DNA from: Octopus sinensis
Taxonomy: Eukaryota
DNA: 64,000 bases
Assembly: GCF_006345805.1 (NCBI RefSeq)
Contig: NC_043009.1
Coordinates: forward strand, 12,834,001 to 12,898,000
Reading direction: 5' to 3'
Shown here: one piece after another, positions 52,192 through 64,000 of the stretch
Numbering within the stretch: the stretch's first letter is position 1
How the letters are laid out: each line of letters begins with the position of its first letter
The notes under the pieces: model-generated
The model's database searches: none
The model's input: only the letters and a program-made list of their open reading frames with translations
Told to the model about the DNA's origin: nothing
Program-made: the position numbers and the translations under genes

Positions 52192-53099
52192 TACATATTC
52201 ATCACTACATATATACATAAACGTAAACACACACACAGATAGATAGAAAGATGGCTAGATAGATATATATAGAGAGAGAGCTATTATAAATGATAAAGCA
52301 CAGGCACTCACACGTCACAATCTTTTTTAGACCCATTTTCAAACTATTCGACCCAAAATACATGCTGTTATCTGTTTCACAGAAATTACTATCATTATTA
52401 GCTAAATGATACACGGTGAACATATCAATAGATATTAAACGATAACGAATCACGACTTTGACAATCGATTAAAAAAATACATAATTTATTTGGTTTTGAA
52501 CAACGTTCGCTCTGTTTCTATTATTTATCCTTTCTTCTTTTCTTGCTAATTTCTCTAATTTCGTGTGTATATAACTTGAACATGCTGTATATAATTTGAA
52601 CATGTTGTATATAGTTTGACACGTAGTATATAACTTAAACCTTACTGTTACTTCTGTTTTCATTTAAGTTTAAATAATTAATTTTTTTCCAGTATTTAAC
52701 AATATCATGAATTTTATAAATTTCTTTTCATAAATACTTTTTGAGTCTTTTTCACCGTATTTCATAGATTTCAAGGAACTCGTATTTCTAAATAGAAATA
52801 AAATTGGTTTTTATATTTCTCCATCGAAGTCGTAGAAAGTGAATTCCTATAAGGTGTTTTGAAGAACCGGTACATAATATAATCCACATTTCTCTGATAG
52901 ATCATTTAATTCAAAACGTTTTATCCTTTTCCATAGCACCTACCTGAGTTCCTAGTGGTTCCGGTTCTTTCTCATACCTTAAGCCTGTGTCAATTACGGC
53001 AACCTTTGGATCACCGTCATACGACTTGGCAGTGAGAGGCTTGAACAGGTTGAATTGTGCATGTATCTTGGAGACTGGTGAATCCACATATGTGAAAGA

Positions 53100-53770
53100 A
53101 ATGTGGACATGGCAAGAACGTCCATGTAAAAAGAAGTGAGGTAAAGAAAGCTCTGGAAAAGGAAAAAAGCGGGACAGCATCAGGTCTAAATGCAGTACCG
53201 ATTGAACAGATCAAGGGTACAGGAGAAAGAAGGCGGCGAGCTGGTAGAGACGTTAGCACGCCGGGTGAAATGCGTAACCGTATTTCATCTCCTGCTATGT
53301 TCTGAGTTCAAATTCCGCCGAGGTCGACTTTGCCTTTCATCCTTTCGGGGTCGATAAATTAAGTACCAGTTACGCACTGGGGTCGATGTAATCGACTTAA
53401 TCCGTTTGTCTGTCCTTGTTTGTCCCCTCTATGTTTAGCCCCTTGTGGGTAGTAAAGAAATAGGTACAGGAGAAAGTGCTATAACAATACTCCACATCCA
53501 CTGCTGTAAGATATGGAGAGAGGAGGGGTGGCCATTAGATGGATGCAGAGCAAGATATGTACCTAAACGCAAAAAAGTGAGACCTGCTCATGTGTGAAAA
53601 TTATCGAACAATTGCTACGATATCATATGCAAGCAGAGTACTTTAGATAATCATCCTAGAATGTTTGAAAGCTTTCCTCGAACAAGAAACAACCAAAGTA
53701 CAAGCTGGCTTTAGAAGCGGACGTGGAACAAGAGGTCATCTGCACAATCTCTATAGAGCTTTAGAAAAGA
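53100..53770 (+). pseudogene. RTE/BovB-type LINE RT fragment interrupted by a SINE
   Basis: EVKKALEKEKSGTASGLNAVPIEQIK...CCKIWREEGWP...CENYRTIATISYASRVL...QAGFRSGRGTRGHL. Confidence 0.88.
53230..53462 (+). mobile_element. SINE family A with TSD
   Basis: 14-bp TSD GGTACAGGAGAAAG at 53216-53229 and 53463-53476. Confidence 0.95.
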
Positions 53771-54099
53771 AACAAGCGCACACTACCTCACAACTTACCT
53801 TTACGACAACATTATCATGGAAGAAAGAGTAGAGGGTATTAGATCAAGAGTCAGGCAAAGAATGCAATGGATAGATGGTACTATGAGCTGGTAGGATAAG
53901 AATGGAAAGGCACCTGGAGAACAGGTATTTCATCATCGTCCCCTAATTTTGCTTGTTGTCTAGTGCAAGCTTATTTATCATGTTGTTGTTTATGTAACCA
54001 ATTAATACATCGAGGGTTCGCTAAAGAATTAATAGCAATAATGTGTAGACAGTCACTAGAAAATGTAATGAATTAAGATGAATAATATTAGTAACGATA

Positions 54100-54448
54100 A
54101 TAGTGCTAGTGCATGCATATACAGCTGCGTGCGTGCGCACATACACGCGAGTACTGTCCAAATCTCCGACCGATCACATACAGCTAGCTGGCATTCAATT
54201 GGCGTATCAAGTTTTGGGCATTTTGATTGGGTTTTTGATTGAAAATTCACAAAATGTCACTTCTGTTGATCTTTTTAATGGCTTTGCGGGGTGACTGAGG
54301 AAATGTAAAGATATGCACGACCACACTTGGACGGTTTTGAATGACCATAGAAAGTGCGAGCCCTCTAACTGAAAAATTGTGGATTTGTATAAAGGACACC
54401 CACACACACAGACAGACATACATTTTGCCGTTTAGATATATATAGAGA
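54100..54448 (-). mobile_element. non-autonomous Helitron-like 5' portion
   Basis: The minus strand starts A|TCTCTATATATATCTAAACGGCAAAATGTATGTCTGTCTGTGTG, the same 5' architecture as 43988-44511; 3' end not resolved. Confidence 0.5.
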
Positions 54449-55209
54449 TAATAGTAATAATAATAGTAACAACAGTAATTTCTTTTTTTTAACACAAGGA
54501 CAAAAGCAAAGGACGACATATGGCATAAAAAGGAGAGGATTGCGTCAATCAGAAGGAAAAAAAAAACAACGATGAAATGATATAATCAAAGATGTAAAAA
54601 TAGAATTTAGAAATTTGAATAGATAGAATCAAAAATATCAGGACAATTCAGAAGAAACTCTACATAAACGGGCTCGGATTACTCTGTCGTCTTCACTACA
54701 TCGAAAGCGTCGTTTTTCAGTTTCTTTCCTCTTAATTAGAAAAAACAAAATCAAGGTGGCTCCATCCAAACCCACCAATGTTGCCATCATTACGACCCTT
54801 TCTATAAACACACCACAAAGTATCAGCTCCCTCTCTAGTCCCAGCTTTCTCTTCAAATGATACTTTTGCTACAACCACCAAGCAGAGAAAAAACTGCTTC
54901 TCTTCTTTCCTACCAAGGGAAGATGACACAAATTTCGGCAACCAGAAGAGCAAGCTAGATGATATGTATATAGACTCTCAGCTGTCTGAGAAACTGACAT
55001 TGTAAAAATACTACGCGAACTTTAGCTTACACCAGAACATCAGAAAGTACATAATAGACCTATCAATATTTTCCATGACAAAAATGATAGCAGCTTATTA
55101 ATTTTCGAAAACCGATACCAAATGATTATGATGTTGTTTAGTACCGAATTAAAAAACAAGGAGTTACACCAACTTATTTGTTGAAGTCAAAACATTTTCA
55201 GTTAAATAT

Positions 55210-55503
55210 GTTTGTTTGTTCCTTCTCGAGCTACGCCTGGCTCATAAGGGCCGGTTTCCCGGTATCATTGCCGTGTAGATTCCCCACCTGGACGGGACGC
55301 CGGTCCGTCGCAGGTGAGCTGCAAGATGCAGGAGGAAAGAGTGAGAGAAAGTTGTGGCGAAAGAGTCAGCAGAATTTCGACATTACCTTCTGCTGGAGCC
55401 GTATGGAGCTTAGGTGTTTTGCTCATAAACACACACATCACCCGGTCTGAGATTCGAACTCGCGATCCCTCTACTGTGAATCCGCTGCTCTAACCACTAG
55501 GCT
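55210..55503 (-). mobile_element. SINE family C variant
   Basis: Minus-strand TAGTGGTTAG...GAGTTCGAATCTC head; tail CCTTCTCGAG...GCCTGGCTCATAAGGGCCGG shared with 38895-38990. Confidence 0.82.
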
Positions 55504-56679
55504 ACTCAAGTTTGATCCTGCCTAACTGAACTTCCTCCTCTCTTGGACACACCTATCTTCTCTTCGACTCACTTCTTGCATTACTGCCATCTCTCACGGA
55601 CAACTATACCACTAAAATCTACCCGGATTATAACGGGAACTCTATTTGGATTACCACGTTCCTGGATATTACTATACCCTGTTGTTATTGTGTAATAGAA
55701 AAGTGATTTTATTCGGACTTTGAATTAATATCTATAAAAAGCGAGTTATGTGCGTATCAATAATTATGCATTGTTAAGGTATTTCTATTCAGCAAATGAT
55801 TACATTGAATATTTGTTTAACCATAAATACTTGTGTTAAGTATTTATTTTCTCGTTACTTTTGAGCATCCGTGTTTATTATGAAGGGTGTTAGGCATATT
55901 TTCCATTAAGCATTTCTGGGTTAAGCTTTGCCATTTTTGTGAATGTTGATCATTATAATTCACCATGAACACAACTGTTTACAATGAAAACTTCTGTGCA
56001 TATTATCAATGAGCTACCTAACGTTGTTACACATGGAAAAAAATGTTGATGCATTTCTCAACCCAAAACAATAAAAATAAATCTTTCTACTCCACCTCAA
56101 AAACAAAAACAACTAGCTGTTAAATGTAACACCGCCATTTAAAAAAGATGTGAGCAATAAAACGTATGAAGAGGAAACAGCTTGATTTTTGCTTGTCTTT
56201 CTTAAAGTAGCTACAAAAATCTACTTCAAATCAGGTTGGATTGTCGTCTTAAATCGAAGACCGCATTCTATAGCATAGACCAAATATTTCCTGAAAGGAC
56301 TAGGTATTCACGTATAAAATGCAATTTGCTTCCTCGATTAGAGCTGAACTAGAGTAAAGTAAGAAAAACATAATAAAAAGAAACAAAATCATAAAATACA
56401 CAAAATAAATAAATAATAAAGAAACCTTAGAAGAGAGGAACAGATTCATTCCTCTCTATGCACGCTCGGGATCAGCAAATGCTGTAAAGTAGTTTACACC
56501 CCAAATCAACAGCAAGTGTCATGGAAGTAACAGAACAATACTCACAAAACATACAGACAGCTATATCTGCTTTCATTCAGCTGTACTTGAGAAAGTGAAG
56601 ACAAATTCAAGTAAAATGTGTTAGGGTTACAAGGGACATCAACCCCAATTCAACGCATGTATTATATATATATATCAGT

Positions 56680-56860
56680 CGCCATGATAGATCGTTAGCC
56701 ACTACACACACATTTTTCTCTCCTTGTTTCTGTCCTTGTTTTTTTTGTGTCCCTTTCTGTAGAAGAGCGTAGGCTCGAAACGTAAAAGACTTTTTCTACT
56801 CCTGAACGTTATACTAATACATCTGTTTGTTTTGTACACCACCTGTCTTTGTCTTTTTGT
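56680..56860 (+). mobile_element. short PLE-derived repeat with a hammerhead-like motif (second copy)
   Basis: Near-identical to 17568-17740. Confidence 0.7.
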
Positions 56861-57070
56861 TGTCTACTCCTTATGCAGAGTTTGACCCCCTCCTGTACCT
56901 ACACCGTAGAACCATCATGGTATCTGATGTGGCTTTTTAAACCAGACGATGTTCTGAAAAGACACCCACATAGATTGCATATCCGATTTGGACCACCAAG
57001 AGCTGCAGATAAGTTCTGGTCTTTGTGGATCTTAAAATGTCTTTTCAGGCCTCCGTTAGATTTGCAACCC
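56860..57070 (-). mobile_element. RTE-type LINE 3' end with C2H2 zinc-finger remnant
   Basis: Minus strand GCKSNGGLKRHFKIH...CNLCGCLFRTSSGLKSHIRYH...stop (56899-56901), then a ~40-nt tail with stem ACTC...GAGT and AGACAAC. Confidence 0.65.
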
Positions 57071-57811
57071 TAGCATACACATATATATATATATGTATGC
57101 AGACACACACACACACATACACACCCACACACTCACACACACACACACACAAACACACACACGCATATATACACACACACTCACTTATGTAATGATTTTT
57201 TTAGGCATAGTTAGACAGATAGAAATAACTAGTTGTTAGTACTTTGCATACTTGTTTTACTGTAAGGCTTTAGGCGAATACACACACACATGTATGTGTG
57301 TGCGTGCGCGTGCTTGCGTTTGTGAGTGTGTGTATGCGCGTGCTTGCGTGCGTGAGTTTGTGTGTGTGTGAGCGTGCGTATTAACATGCTCGCGCGCGTG
57401 TGTAACAGCTTTTGGTATGCCATGACATTATGAAAGACAACAGTGAAAGACAGAATATGTCAACATGCTAAGGAATAAATATTGAAATGCTTTTATCAAG
57501 CTACCACATCACTGGACATTATTGACGCTGTACCTCAACCGAAGCAACTCCAATGATATAAAATGATCCTTCTCATCACGTAATTAAAGAGAAAATACAT
57601 TAATGAAAATACAAATTAAATGCAGAATGCTTAAACGTAACCCTGTCTACATAAAAGGTAACATTTTCAAATTGACTACTTTTGACCATTATTCCTGTAA
57701 CTACCAGTAGTTCTATGAAACTGCAATCTTAGACATCGGTGGCTTTGCGAAGTGAACGGCAAATGGCTACAAACACTGTACAAATCTATAATCCGTCTCT
57801 GAATTTGTGTA

Positions 57812-57973
57812 TAGGCGCAGGAGTGGCTGTGTGGTAAGTAGCTTGCTTACCAACCACATGGTCCCGGGTTCACTCCAACTGCGTGGCAAGGTGGGCAAGT
57901 GTCTTCTACTATGGCCTCGGGCCGACCAAAGCCTTGTGAGTGGATTTGGTAGACGGAAACTCGAAGCCCGTCG

Positions 57974-58020
<47 letters not shown>

Positions 58021-58230
58021 ATGTGTGTATGTGTTTGTGTGTCTGTGTTTGTCCCCCCAACATCACTTGACAACCGATGCTGGTGTGTTTTGCTGTTCGG
58101 CAAAAGATACCAAAAGAATAAGTACTGGGCTTACAAAGAATAAGCTCTGGGATCGATTTGCCCGACTATAAAGGCGGTGCTCCAGCATGGCCGCAGTCAA
58201 ATGACTGAAACAAGTAAAAGAGTAAAAGAG
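57812..58230 (+). mobile_element. SINE family B
   Basis: Complete head, CORE-like block, internal microsatellite and (GTAAAAGA)2 tail. Confidence 0.92.
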
Positions 58231-61200
58231 TGGCAAATGAAAGTTGAATAGATTACAAAATACTGTATTGGAATTTAATAGTAGTTTGTTTAAAATTGAG
58301 TTTAGAATTATTATTATGATGTGCCGCAGTGTCTTTCAAATGAGGCGAGATAGCCAAATGTCCATTTTTAAAGAACGAATTAGGCATCGCACTCAGAGAA
58401 TGAACACACAACTATCCCTGTAACTACTGGAATCGATTAAATCAATAGGATACAGAATACGGAAATAAATTAGAATGTAAGAAATAATACGACAAAAGTT
58501 CGATTAATATAAAAAACTGAACGCAATACTGGAAATATAAATATAGATATTAATATTCTAACCAATCTTGTCATAAACTACAGATTCTGTACATTGAATT
58601 GTAAGCTAAATTATATTATGGGAAAAAAAAAGATATAGATAGGGATAAATCACGAGAAAATGCATAAAAAAAAATTCCAAAACACTTAGGAAAGAATAAA
58701 TTAAACATTGTACGAATGGTCAATATCCTTTAAGAATAGAGAGAAAAGTGAACCAATATGAAAGCTAATAATAGCGCAAATTATGATTATACGCAAGAAA
58801 GGAAGCCACACATGATCAATGCTTAGTAACAAAAAGTAAGATTTAGAATTAGGAAAACAAACAATCGACGTCTATTATAGACAATATAATGTTGATTGCA
58901 TAATCTCGATTAAACACACTCCTAGTTTTCAGCGGGTTGATCTTAAAAATAGGCAAACTATATCTAAAAATATGAGGGGTAAGTACCTATCTCCAATGGG
59001 AAAAGATAGAAGGAAAAAAATAAATCAGAGCTCAATCGTAACTAACCAACTATGTTCACGTCAACATTAAATCAATGGATATTAGGAAAAGTAGAGTGAC
59101 ACCACCGAATTTAATAGGAAGTTTCCGATGGATGCAAATCCTAAATGAAATTTTGTGAAAGTTAGTAAAACTAGACTCAGTCACTGCATTCTCTTACAAA
59201 AAAAATCGCATAAAGACATGGATAAATTTTGTCTCCAGCTAACAGCCATTGATACACTAAATTTAACTTGTATGATCTTGAACATTAAACTTAAATATTT
59301 ATTAAGAAAAATATTCGAAAAGTACATATTTGAAAGTCGTAGTTGTGGAATTATCGAATGTGAGAGAAATAATAGGAATGTATGGCTGAGGTAAATTAAA
59401 AAAAAATCTATGAAATGTTTATTTTTTTGAGAAACAGCTTGAATGTTGTCGGCTGTTCACCGTATAGATATAGTGAGGGTCTATCAAAATAACGAAAATT
59501 ATATACGTGTTTTGAGCATTCAACCAGTTGTAGATCATTTGCTCCTATTTCAAGAAGTGTTTTCAACAGTGAAGAATGTATAACTGTCAATTCAGCAGTA
59601 TATGCAAAAAGAATTCTAAAGATGACGACTGTGTAAGAGCAACTATTTGGGAGAAAAACAAGATGCGACATAATCAAAAGAGTTGAAAGTGAATAAACGT
59701 ATTAATAAACATTAAATGTAACCTTTCCTAGCGCACAGTTCATATTCTGTACAAAATTAATGGCTTACTTAAAAGGACAGCACTGTTTCTTTTATTAATA
59801 ACGGTGGTGCCCCAGCATGGCCGCGGCCTTCGAGCTAAAACATTTTAAAGGATTTTAAGGAACGAAACTACTCTTGACAGACTAGGAGTTGACAGCTCCC
59901 GCGTCATCCAAAGTACATACTGTATACTCTCCAGATTTCTCAGAGTAATTGAAGTAAGAAAAGTTGGAATGAGAGGAATTAAATAAAAAATTCATTAGAC
60001 ATTTATGCTGTATACTGACGGAATACATAAGACGTTATTAGGGAGTATTATCAGATAATGAATTGTGCCAACATTTCTGTAACGTCACGTCAACTACGGA
60101 GACGGTATCTTCGATTGTTTTTCGCTGCTGTCTTTTGGAATCTAGCATTCTATTTTGTGCATTTGAAAATGAATTTTCGGAAGATGAACCGAGTATATGA
60201 GTGTAAACAGCATTTGACGATATATCCGCAGAAAATCGAACGTAGTTTTCAAGAAATTGTATTCGATACTTATCCACTCCCGACAACACTCAACTTGGAT
60301 GGATGATATAAGCATTGGTACTGAATTCTTTCCAAGAGATCTTGGAAGATTTTAAGAGCATCGTCAAACAGATTTCTTCAGTGAAAACACGCAATATTAA
60401 TATTGGTAAGCTTTTTCATTAAATTCAATGGGTAATTCAGGTTAAGAAATAAGGTGTTACCAGTTCAGTTCAGGCAACATCCAGACATCTCATCATCGAT
60501 AACCATGGCACATCAGTGAAAATCTTCATAGTAGCATCTATCCATAAAAAGCCAACATTATAATATCATGTATCCCATCAACTATAGCTGCATTGTTACT
60601 TACTATAGGAAAAAAAAAAAGATCATTCAACATTAAACACTCCAATACTTAACGATGCTGCTTGCAAAATCTCAATACTGAAAGAAAAAATACATGAGTA
60701 AACCATGTATTATCATTTCCTTTTAGAAGAATGGCAAATGATGTTAAAAGACAACGCATGAAAAATGTGGCATCAACATTTTGAACAAGTAATGTTTACT
60801 TTCGGTGGCAAAGTTAGCGTTTGTATAGGGACTTTCGCAAACTTTTATCTGTATAAACATGGCCATAGAGTAAATAATTTCGACTCCAGTTTTAATAACT
60901 CTTCAATATTGAAGCACATGAAAAGCTTCAACATGCAGATCGAATCATATGTAGAGAGGTTTGAGCAAGAAATTCAATCCAATTTAAGAAGCATATATTT
61001 CGTCTAGAAAATGGCACTGAAACTGAAAAATACCAAATATTCAAATGAAGAAATGTAACTGACATAGAAATTGCATTTCTATGACTTATTGAACCTTATT
61101 TCTATGATATGTTTTCTGGTACATTTCATACAGGAGAAAAAAAAAGAAAATCGCTGCAAGGCGAGCATGCAGTAGGAGAGATCTTCAGAGGAGGAACTCC

Positions 61201-61459
61201 CGTCCGTTAAGAGTTTCGGTCCTTATACCTGATACTCTACGGGAGCTAGGCCTACCTAGGTCATGACTCCAACGTGTTCTCCTGCTGCTTTCCTAAATCC
61301 TCTCTCCAGCGGGATTTGAACCTGGGTCCTTCTTTTTGTGAACTTGTGTTTTCAGATCTGTGATTCAGCCAATTAGGTCTCTCTGAATGACGAAGGAACC
61401 AGTTCTCTTCTTCATTCTATTTTTGTAAACAACCTACGGAATCCATAACTAGGCCCATT

Positions 61460-61800
61460 GGTAATTTCTTTTCACCCATATCCACATTGAGTTCTTTTCA
61501 GCAAAATCAGACGAGTGTTTAATTGTGGCAGTTCTGCAGCCTTTGATACCCAACCTCCCGAGTAGCCGACAGGTTGATGCAGCTATGAATCATCGCGATC
61601 CAACTTCAACTGGTTTCGCAGTAGAGTAATAACCCATAATCTCTCGCTGCTTTGCCAGCTTACCATATTTGCTCATTTTAAAGATGTGTTGCTCTTCTAA
61701 GCGGCTAACGTAGGGTACTGACAATTCCTTGAGAATCACTTTGAAACCCTGTTCAGACCATAAGATGACATCTGGGGAGTTCTTGTACTTCCCCTGATGT
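61460..61800 (-). pseudogene. HERO-like non-LTR retrotransposon restriction-like endonuclease remnant
   Basis: PDVILWSEQGFKVILKELSVPY...KMSKY...PVEVGSR*FIAASTCRLLGRLGI...AEKNSMWIW follows the RPDIVLWS..ELTVPWE..KxxKY..PVEVGCRG..AExxSxWLW pattern. Confidence 0.8.
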
Positions 61801-62068
61801 CTGCTGTAATTCTCGCGTTTAAATAGGTTTCCCCTTGTCACAAATTCATATTACTAAGGAACGTAATACTAAGATTGGAAAATTCTCAAAAAATAGTTGT
61901 TTTAGGTCCATAAAAGATATACCTTCTTTTCATTAAAGACTAGATATTGAAAATGTTTACAAAAAATGAAAGGCTAGTATTTAGTCATACTAAATGTTCA
62001 GTCATTGTGACTCAAATTTACACCATAGACATATCTTAAATATAATATAGGCTAATCAAAACGAAAAT

Positions 62069-62823
62069 TTAGTTAGTTAGTTAGTTAGTTAATTTGGCTC
62101 AAAAGCAAATAGCAAGGCCATGTAGGGGGACATGGAGTTAAGTACAGGGTGGTGTTCATGTAAAGAGTTCAGGCCACTTGAGGTCCAGGGAGGGTTTGAA
62201 CAAAGCGGTCGTCGGCATCTTCACCATCTCGTCTGGCAGCTTGTTCCACGGATCCGCAACCCGGACGGAGAAAGCTCCTCCTTCGATTGAGATGAAATCG
62301 TCGCAGGTAGAGCTTTTCGGAATGACCCCGCAGCCGACGCTCTGGAGCAGGAGTGAAGAACAGCTGTTTCGAGAGGTTACACTTTCCGCTTATGATGTTG
62401 TGGGCGAGAATGAGATCACCACGGCGGCGGCGTTTTTCAAGAGAATAAAGGTCGAGCGTCCTCAGCCTTTCTTCGTAGGACAAATTTTTGAGACCATGAA
62501 CCATGCGGGTAGCCAGCTTCTGGACTCTTTCGAGATGCTGTATGTCTTTGAGGAGATAAGGAGAAGAGGCTTGAATCCCATACTCCAATATAGGTCTCAC
62601 CAGCGTGACATAGAGTGGTAGGAATATGGCTGCTGTGAGCATTCCGAATGACCGTCGAATCAAGAACAGAATTCCGCGTGCTTTGTTGGCAGCATGGAAG
62701 CAGTGGGCCGAAGGCGAAAAGGAGGAATCCACCAAGATACCCAGCTCCTTTACCTGATCGGTCCTCTCCAGCAGCAGACGACCCGGTTCGAAATCAAGTT
62801 GAGTTGCAGGAGTAGAGCCGACA
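62069..62823 (-). mobile_element. young 5'-truncated CR1-clade LINE (ORF2 C-terminus, 3' UTR, (TAAC)n tail)
   Basis: ORF 62169-62735 contains LYVTLVRPILEYG...LERVQKLATRMVHGLKNLSYEERLRTLDLYSLEKRRRRGDLI; frameshift near its end; (TTAG)n at 62069-62090. Confidence 0.93.
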
Positions 62824-63246
62824 TTAAATTAACATTAAACAGTAATTATTTTATCGTTCTGCTATACACAAAAGACAGGTTATAGAGAATGATATATGTA
62901 ACAGGACAGAGAGCATGTTAACACTATCGTGGAAAAAATGGAACATGCACACCTAATATATATCAAAGTCTTGGATGCTGCAATACACCGTTGGTCACAA
63001 TGCTATCTCTGGCACTGTTGTAGCTTTCGAATGATGACATCCCACTGGCTAGACGAATAGGCTAACATTACCCCTGAATGGAATGCCAGCCTTTTGCAGG
63101 GTTACCGATTTATAGCTGAGAGTACTGCAGCCACATGAACTCCAGTGTCTTGTTTAAGAATTTGGACGCATCGCCAATCAAGGAACCCAAACCACCATCT
63201 TGTGATCTTAAGTGCAACATCCTAAACACTAGTCCAGGCACCTTTA

Positions 63247-63454
63247 CTACATACATACATACATACATAGACACACATACATACATACATACATACATAG
63301 ACACATATACATACATACATACATACATAGACACACATACATACATACATACCATACATACATACATACATACATACATACATAGACACACACATACATA
63401 CATACATGCATGCATACATACATACATACATACATACATGCATGCATGCATGCA

Positions 63455-63485
<31 letters not shown>

Positions 63486-63495
63486 GTGTACATAC
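63247..63495. repeat. (TACA)n microsatellite
   Basis: Direct reading; source of the MYVC/HTYI ORFs. Confidence 0.95.
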
Positions 63496-64000
63496 ACACA
63501 GTGCATATTTATTTGAGAGTATATACATATACGTAGCCTTTTTCTGATTCCGAACAAAAATATTTTATAATCTCTACTCCGATAAATAGGACTATTTTCT
63601 GAAATAGCAAAATTTTGTAGAAGTACTTCAAACTATACTGTAAGCGAAATTTCCCACCATCCTCTCTTAGCCTCAAATTTGCTAATTCATTTAATCTCTG
63701 TGCGACGTTCCGGAGCCAAAATTCTACATTTATCTTTAGAGATGAAGAAATGACTTTTGAAGCACAGACGTCATTAAAAAAAATTGTCAATAACTGTAAA
63801 ATAAAATAAAATCTTGTAATTATTTATAACAGAAATCCAGTAGCTTTAGCAATAATTAAATTTCACTGTGCCATGATGTGGATGGCTGGGTGTATTCATA
63901 CTTGATTTCGTGTGCGTCTACTTATCACCTATTCGAGGGATATTTATCTATCCGTCTATTTGCACAATTGTCTTTATCTATTCATCTGATTTTATCAATC

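Noticed and set aside
60200-60450. WMDDI motif suggesting a decayed RT
   Set aside because: Single short motif without convincing flanking RT motifs.

Overview
AT-rich eukaryotic DNA, very dense in microsatellites and transposons. From recall of its SINE families it is most likely an Octopus/coleoid cephalopod intron or intergenic region. No host protein-coding gene, true tRNA/rRNA gene or CRISPR array can be supported, and almost all ORFs in the track are microsatellite or SINE artefacts. Content: three tRNA-derived SINE families; decayed LINE fragments (RTE, CR1, R4/Dong, HERO); a Tc1 DD34E transposase pseudogene; non-autonomous Helitrons; a collapsed Gypsy provirus with a tRNA-Ser PBS; and many Penelope-like (PLE) 3' ends abutting (TA)n tracts. 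Two things stand out. (1) A 2.3-kb L1/Tx1-like element at 47427-49745 has an intact gag-like ORF1 (422 aa, CCHC knuckle) and no RT/endonuclease ORF. It sits in tandem behind a truncated sister copy, at a position in a SINE head that is also hit by a different SINE at 24073, which suggests a HAL1/HeT-A-like, site-directed non-autonomous system. (2) About ten type I hammerhead-ribozyme motifs (several near-canonical) lie in (TA)n-anchored PLE-derived units. These units repeatedly form 150-400 bp-arm foldback palindromes, and one forms a 547-bp retrozyme-like tandem. All calls were made by eye; boundaries of degenerate elements are approximate.
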